From NCBI GenBank assembly GCA_000092065.1, contig CP000584.1: a DNA stretch of 64,000 bases; one strand, written 5' to 3'. Positions 59,330 through 64,000 of the stretch are shown here, one piece after another. The translations under genes were made by a program, and so were the position numbers. Origin of the DNA: Ostreococcus lucimarinus (taxonomy: Eukaryota). Numbering within the stretch: the stretch's first letter is position 1; every line of letters begins with the position of its first letter. The notes below the pieces were generated by a model that saw only the letters and a list, made by a program, of their open reading frames with translations, was not told where the DNA came from and searched no databases.

Positions 59330-62300
59330 ATGCGCGCCCGGTTCGCGCGCGGCGCGTCGATGTCGGCGCTTCTGCTCGCGCTGTGCGCTTTGGCGTCGCT
59401 CTTAGGCGTCGCTCGGGGCGGTGGTTCGCCGTCGCCGTCCCCCGTGCACTGTTCGGCGAGGTGGATCGACGTCAACAAAGGGGGCTGCCCAAGCTGCGGA
59501 CCAGGCACGTATAGTAAGCGATACCAAATCGATCGCGATCCCGCGTACGATGGACGACGGTGTCCTCATGTCAACGGGCATGTGTCTTATGGACATGATT
59601 GCGAGGCACCGCCATGTCCGCCGCCGCCGCCATCGCCGCCGCCGCCGTCGCCACCGCCGCCGCCGCCGGGACAGTTTGTTCCCGTGCAGGTATCCATCAA
59701 CGATCCCGTGCCGAGAGTGTCAGATGCGTACGACTTTCACATTCTCACCTCACATCCTTCGTGCGATTCACAAAACGATTGTTTTGAGAGTCACATCGAG
59801 ACGGACGTGAGCGAGCATCACGTCGGACTCAGGTGCGACGTCACCGTGCAAAAGAAGGACCAAGTTTGTGCGACATTCGGTCGTCACATGCCTTGCAGGC
59901 TGTGGAATGACTTTTATCCAACAACTTTAACCCTCACGGATGAGCATGGTGACATCGTCGAAGGCGATTACGTCATTGAGTATGAATGCTACTTTGAACT
60001 CGCAAACGGCGAGCTCGTACCTGAGCCGACCAAGGTGAAGAAGACGCTGCACGAGTTCAGCGTATCCAAAGGGTGCGATTTGAAAATGAATTTGAATCGA
60101 GATTCCAAAGCAGAGCTCGCGGCGTATCTCCTCAGTGGCGCCGATGAATTCAATATCGCTGACTGCTCGAGTTTGAAGAGTATTTACGCCGCGAAGGAGG
60201 CCGTGTTCCGTATTTTCGATTCAAACCCGACAGATGGCCGACTCGATCACGAAGAAATCCTCATCGGTGTTGAGGCACACAGCATGGATACACAGATAGT
60301 GAATCATTGGAAGGACATCGTCGACGCTGAGGGTGGCGATGGACTGTTCCTCACACTTTCGAACTTCATGTCGGCAGACATCGCGCCTCGCGGTTGTCAA
60401 TCCGGCGCCGGTGACGTCGTGACGTTCACGGAGGCGACGTATCCAACGAGTGATCCTGGACGTGAAACGGGATCCAGGCAATGCGGAGAGATGGCGGGAT
60501 CTATGAAGACCACGTGGTCGTTTCCTCGATCAATGCAACTCGGCGATTGGTCGTGCGTATACATCGACGGGCTTTTGTACAGTCAATTGCTCGCCCAAAC
60601 GAGCCGAAACGCCGTATCGATGCAGAACAGCGTGACAGATATTCGCCCTGTCATTGGCTCTTTTCATGATGCAGAGCAATCTCTCGCTGCGCATTTCACG
60701 TTCGCAGGCGTGTCAAACGCAAGGCTGATTTCTTCAGAATCGCCGCGGGCGGATGGCCAAGAAGTGGTTCCAACCCTCTCCATCGATGATACGTATACAG
60801 GTAGTCTGCGAGTCTTCACGGCTTCTCAACACGGTAAACACGGGGCGTGCCTGAACAGCTGCCAAGGTTGTACCTTCCATTCGTACAAGTACATTGGGGA
60901 ACCGTTCAAGAATGATTTTGCCGTGTCGATGCAAATATTCATTCCTACACAGCTTTCGAGCAATTCTGGCTTTCGGAAGAAGTCGGAACCTCTCATGAGC
61001 TTCACTTCAGATGCATCTGGTAGTATGCAGCACAGCATCAAGTTACGATTGGGCACGGCACTCTCGAAGTTTTCACTTCAATTTATACATGAAAAAGTAA
61101 ACAGCGTGACGGGTCATCGAGATGAGCTATCAGAGCCCATTCCTCTGGGTGCGTTTGGACGCTGGACGTCAATTGGATTTTCTTTCCACCCAAAAGATGG
61201 TCTCACGTTGTACAGGTTCAGCGTTGAGGGAGGTAGGGTAACACATGAAATCAAGGTGCCGAGCAATAACGATGAGTGGAAATCGAGACTGCGAGACACG
61301 TTGCATTTGATGCACCGTCGTGAATTTTTCAAAGAGAACCGAATAGAATACGACGATCTTCGCGTGTACACTGGCCGAGTAAAGAACAACACATTCATAG
61401 ACGCGTATAAGTGCGACGCGTTGGGTGCTCAGTGTGCACCTCGAGCACACGCAACGCCAAACTCACGTCGCGTCGTATGTGTCATGCTGGATGTCCACGA
61501 CAGTAGTGGAGGAGACGCCCGTGCGCCGTATTCCTGCACCGGTGCCCTGTACTACGACGGCGGCGCCATTGAAGTGCGCGCGAAAATGGATCTCACTGGA
61601 GTCGCATTCGAATTCCGCGACACGGCTTGGCACGAATCATCTTTTGAAATCTTGCGACGCACGCACGATCCAAGTGGCGATAACGCGTTTGATACAGTCG
61701 TACTCGTTGACGGTGGTTTGAACGGCTGTGCGTCGATGTTTTCGTCGATTACGTATCTCGACCGAGAGGCTGGTCAGCAGCCCAACTCTCGCTGGCAGTA
61801 CAAGATCAAAACAAAGACGGACGATGTCGATGTAAGCTTTTTGTCGCTCACTACTCATTTTAAAACGCCTTGGATTGGTCAAATTGTGGGCGAAGTGATG
61901 GCCGGTAAGTCGGTTGTTCCTGTTGGCGAAGTCCGCATTTGCGCAGACTTCGTGAAGCCCAACGGTACTTTTCTGATGTATCGCAGTCACAATCACTCTA
62001 ATCTGGCTTTGCACATGCCCGTCGTTCACACATCTAATCTCACTATCTCAGCAGAACAACAGGCGCATCGAGCTACGGACGGCTTACACTTGAAGCCTGA
62101 CTCGATTCGTGTCGCAAGAGGACAGTATTTGCGCGTCAACCTCGACTATTGGAGCGCAATACAAGAGGTCGAAGTGTGCACCGCAACCGGAGAGAACAAT
62201 TTCAGAACTTTCGTGCGGGAGTTCGATCCGGGATACTCTGTGAATCACGGTCACGAGTGCAAATTACGAGAAACTAACGCAACCCAAACTTTCAGCGCAT

Positions 62301-64000
62301 CGCGCGTGACTTGCTTCTTCTTCACCTGTCGGGGCTCAAAGCTTACGACATTGCATGGTCAGTTCGTAACCGCAGCCGTCGAAGAAGGCGACGACGTGAG
62401 AATGACGCAAATTCGTGTTGTTGGTCAGCGTGGCAGATGCACGTTCACGGCGATAAGTGATGACGATGGGCGCTATGCAATCGATGTACTCGATCGCTCC
62501 GGGAACGTCCCCGTCAAGGCGAATATGCTCATCGGCGCGTATAAGGAAGAAGTTTTTGGTGAAGAATTCGAAGTTCCCCTCCTGGATACGAGCGATTCAG
62601 ATGGCGATGATGATTCGCTAAACGTTCCGACGCGAGTGTTACTCGTACTTCGTCGAAAGAACAGTTCGCTTGCGGCGCGTCTCGGGCATGAAGTCCCGGA
62701 TTACAGCAGCTCCTACTACGACGGCGAAACGCATCAGTATCTGGATCAACATGGATATAGTCCACCGTATGGCAGCTCCTACTACGACGGCGAAACGCAT
62801 CAGTATCCGGATCAACATGGATACAGTCCACCGTTCGGCAACACGCCATATGTGCACACTATTTACGATAACGCCTACGATTCAGGCGTTCCTGCCGCCA
62901 AAGTAGAGTTCCAAAGTTTGACGAATTTACGTCTGGAAAACACAACTCTTATGAAGAAAGATGGAGTTGCTGATGGTTGGAATGCAGGGGGGTCCTCGAA
63001 TCAGTCAATGTTTAATGTCACGGGTCGTTTTACTGGAATGGACGCGGTTGAGGGTATCAGGGTCGAATGCTCCTGCGATGATGGCGAATATGTCGTTGGT
63101 TTGAGCTACGCAGAGCACATAGCTAACTTTTCCAAAGCAGCGACCGAATTTGCCATTCACTGTCGTGGTAAAGGCTATGAGCCAGCCATCATTTCAGGTG
63201 GTCGCTCTTACGCAAATTCAAATAACTATCGGATGGCCATGGAGACGAGACCATCGCATCACATGACGGATCTATACGATGTGTACCAGTCAACTGACAT
63301 CACATCTTCGCCACCCATCTCCACGGCGAATGATTTCTCATATGCAGCAGCGCAGAGGCGACTACTGGCTCCAACGAGTTCGTACCCTGCAAGAAGCCCG
63401 ACGTCAAACGAGTATCCAACGACGAGCCCGACGCCAAGCAGTCAATTATTGAACTCTTATCCTCAGTCGTATGATGCGCAAACGAATGAGTATCCTCAGT
63501 CGTATGATGCGACGACGTCTACTTATTTTCCACCCTACCACATCGATGACTATCTCGATCGAGGCTATCGTTCAAACATGTGTATGAAGAAGACATTCAC
63601 CATTAAACTTACACGCAGTGGGCGTGTTTTGTTTTATGAAACGCAAGGCCATTGGCTGTACGATCATCCGGTGCAGCATGAAAATTTTCACCATACTCAG
63701 ACGTGGCAAACTGGTGGACAGTCGCCGCCGTACGGCTACACGGAGCAAACGCCACCGTACGGCTACGCGGAGCAAACGCCGCCGTACTCTGCGCGCGACA
63801 AGTCTTCCCTGGGCGCACATGCCGACGTTTCGCACACGGGCCAAGCTTTGCATGAGTACCATGAACCTGCTCAACTCATAGTACCGGTCGCGTACGCAGA
63901 AAGAGCACACAGCCCCTTGTTTGTGCGAATGGTGGTAATTTCACAAAATGTGACGCTGAGCGACGCCGACATACGTTGGACAGTGCCGACTCCCTCACCG
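59330..64000 (+). CDS. very large secreted Cys/Tyr-rich surface protein with extensin-like Ser-Pro4 linker and tandem repeats (3' end beyond window)
   Basis: Frame opens after TGA 59297, ATG 59330. I found no stop to the window end (>1550 codons); it is absent from the ORF track only because it has no stop in-window. Signal peptide 'MRARFARGASMSALLLALCALASLLGVARG'. 'PPCPPPPPSPPPPSPPPPPPG'. Repeats 'SSYYDGETHQY[LP]DQHGYSPP[YF]G' x2, 'TPPYGYTEQ' x2, 'YPQSYDA' x2. Many Cys. Markedly lower GC and A/T-ending codons than neighbouring genes. Confidence 0.6.
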   Translation, partial: MRARFARGASMSALLLALCALASLLGVARGGGSPSPSPVHCSARWIDVNKGGCPSCGPGTYSKRYQIDRDPAYDGRRCPHVNGHVSYGHDCEAPPCPPPPPSPPPPSPPPPPPGQFVPVQVSINDPVPRVSDAYDFHILTSHPSCDSQNDCFESHIETDVSEHHVGLRCDVTVQKKDQVCATFGRHMPCRLWNDFYPTTLTLTDEHGDIVEGDYVIEYECYFELANGELVPEPTKVKKTLHEFSVSKGCDLKMNLNRDSKAELAAYLLSGADEFNIADCSSLKSIYAAKEAVFRIFDSNPTDGRLDHEEILIGVEAHSMDTQIVNHWKDIVDAEGGDGLFLTLSNFMSADIAPRGCQSGAGDVVTFTEATYPTSDPGRETGSRQCGEMAGSMKTTWSFPRSMQLGDWSCVYIDGLLYSQLLAQTSRNAVSMQNSVTDIRPVIGSFHDAEQSLAAHFTFAGVSNARLISSESPRADGQEVVPTLSIDDTYTGSLRVFTASQHGKHGACLNSCQGCTFHSYKYIGEPFKNDFAVSMQIFIPTQLSSNSGFRKKSEPLMSFTSDASGSMQHSIKLRLGTALSKFSLQFIHEKVNSVTGHRDELSEPIPLGAFGRWTSIGFSFHPKDGLTLYRFSVEGGRVTHEIKVPSNNDEWKSRLRDTLHLMHRREFFKENRIEYDDLRVYTGRVKNNTFIDAYKCDALGAQCAPRAHATPNSRRVVCVMLDVHDSSGGDARAPYSCTGALYYDGGAIEVRAKMDLTGVAFEFRDTAWHESSFEILRRTHDPSGDNAFDTVVLVDGGLNGCASMFSSITYLDREAGQQPNSRWQYKIKTKTDDVDVSFLSLTTHFKTPWIGQIVGEVMAGKSVVPVGEVRICADFVKPNGTFLMYRSHNHSNLALHMPVVHTSNLTISAEQQAHRATDGLHLKPDSIRVARGQYLRVNLDYWSAIQEVEVCTATGENNFRTFVREFDPGYSVNHGHECKLRETNATQTFSASRVTCFFFTCRGSKLTTLHGQFVTAAVEEGDDVRMTQIRVVGQRGRCTFTAISDDDGRYAIDVLDRSGNVPVKANMLIGAYKEEVFGEEFEVPLLDTSDSDGDDDSLNVPTRVLLVLRRKNSSLAARLGHEVPDYSSSYYDGETHQYLDQHGYSPPYGSSYYDGETHQYPDQHGYSPPFGNTPYVHTIYDNAYDSGVPAAKVEFQSLTNLRLENTTLMKKDGVADGWNAGGSSNQSMFNVTGRFTGMDAVEGIRVECSCDDGEYVVGLSYAEHIANFSKAATEFAIHCRGKGYEPAIISGGRSYANSNNYRMAMETRPSHHMTDLYDVYQSTDITSSPPISTANDFSYAAAQRRLLAPTSSYPARSPTSNEYPTTSPTPSSQLLNSYPQSYDAQTNEYPQSYDATTSTYFPPYHIDDYLDRGYRSNMCMKKTFTIKLTRSGRVLFYETQGHWLYDHPVQHENFHHTQTWQTGGQSPPYGYTEQTPPYGYAEQTPPYSARDKSSLGAHADVSHTGQALHEYHEPAQLIVPVAYAERAHSPLFVRMVVISQNVTLSDADIRWTVPTPSP
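62705..62830 (+). repeat. 63-nt tandem duplication inside the large ORF (encodes SSYYDGETHQY.DQHGYSPP.G twice)
   Basis: 'agcagctcctactacgacggcgaaacgcatcagtat[c/ct]ggatcaacatggata[t/c]agtccaccgt[a/t][t/c]ggc' repeated head-to-tail with 4 substitutions. Also a 27-nt duplication at ~63725-63780 and a 21-nt one at ~63460-63520. Confidence 0.8.

Noticed and set aside
1-64000. Interpretation as a prokaryotic operon-rich locus (suggested by the six-frame ORF style, alternative start codons and tight gene spacing)
   Set aside because: GT-AG introns restore conserved protein frames, and the gene set is eukaryotic and nuclear (TERT, CBP/p300, gamma-tubulin complex component, TFIIIC subunit, BEACH protein). 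TGTAA poly(A) signals point the same way. The compaction is that of a picoeukaryote genome.

Overview
This is a GC-rich (~65% by eye), very gene-dense nuclear region of a photosynthetic eukaryote, not a prokaryotic locus. Evidence for this: (1) GT-AG spliceosomal introns of 115-233 nt with near-invariant GTGCG donor and ACTGACG branch motifs; (2) TGTAA polyadenylation-type signals after stop codons; (3) nuclear hallmark genes: telomerase reverse transcriptase, CBP/p300 acetyltransferase, gamma-tubulin complex component, TFIIIC TPR subunit, giant BEACH-domain protein; (4) plastid-related genes: sigma-70-type RNA polymerase sigma factor, soluble acyl-ACP desaturase, twin-arginine lumen-type protein. 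Composition, compaction and these motifs are most consistent with a prasinophyte-type green alga such as Micromonas (inference). About 35 protein-coding genes are supported; no rRNA, tRNA or CRISPR was found. The ORF track treats GTG/TTG/CTG as starts, so true ATG starts had to be re-derived. Long Arg/Ala-rich antisense ORFs are compositional artefacts. Most notable observations: (a) an introner-like family of introns sharing 5'ss, branch and internal motifs; (b) a head-to-head pair of fatty-acid desaturase genes whose shared promoter holds a perfect AT-rich 18-bp inverted repeat; (c) an NRPS-like adenylation-thiolation protein ending in ankyrin repeats, with an upstream ORF only 8 bp away that could be fused by a 34-nt mini-intron; (d) a CBP/p300 gene whose KIX domain is split across small upstream exons; (e) a >1550-aa compositionally atypical, cysteine- and tyrosine-rich secreted protein with extensin-like SPPPP linker and tandem repeats that runs off the window end. 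Coordinates derived by hand are approximate to +/-1-3 nt.
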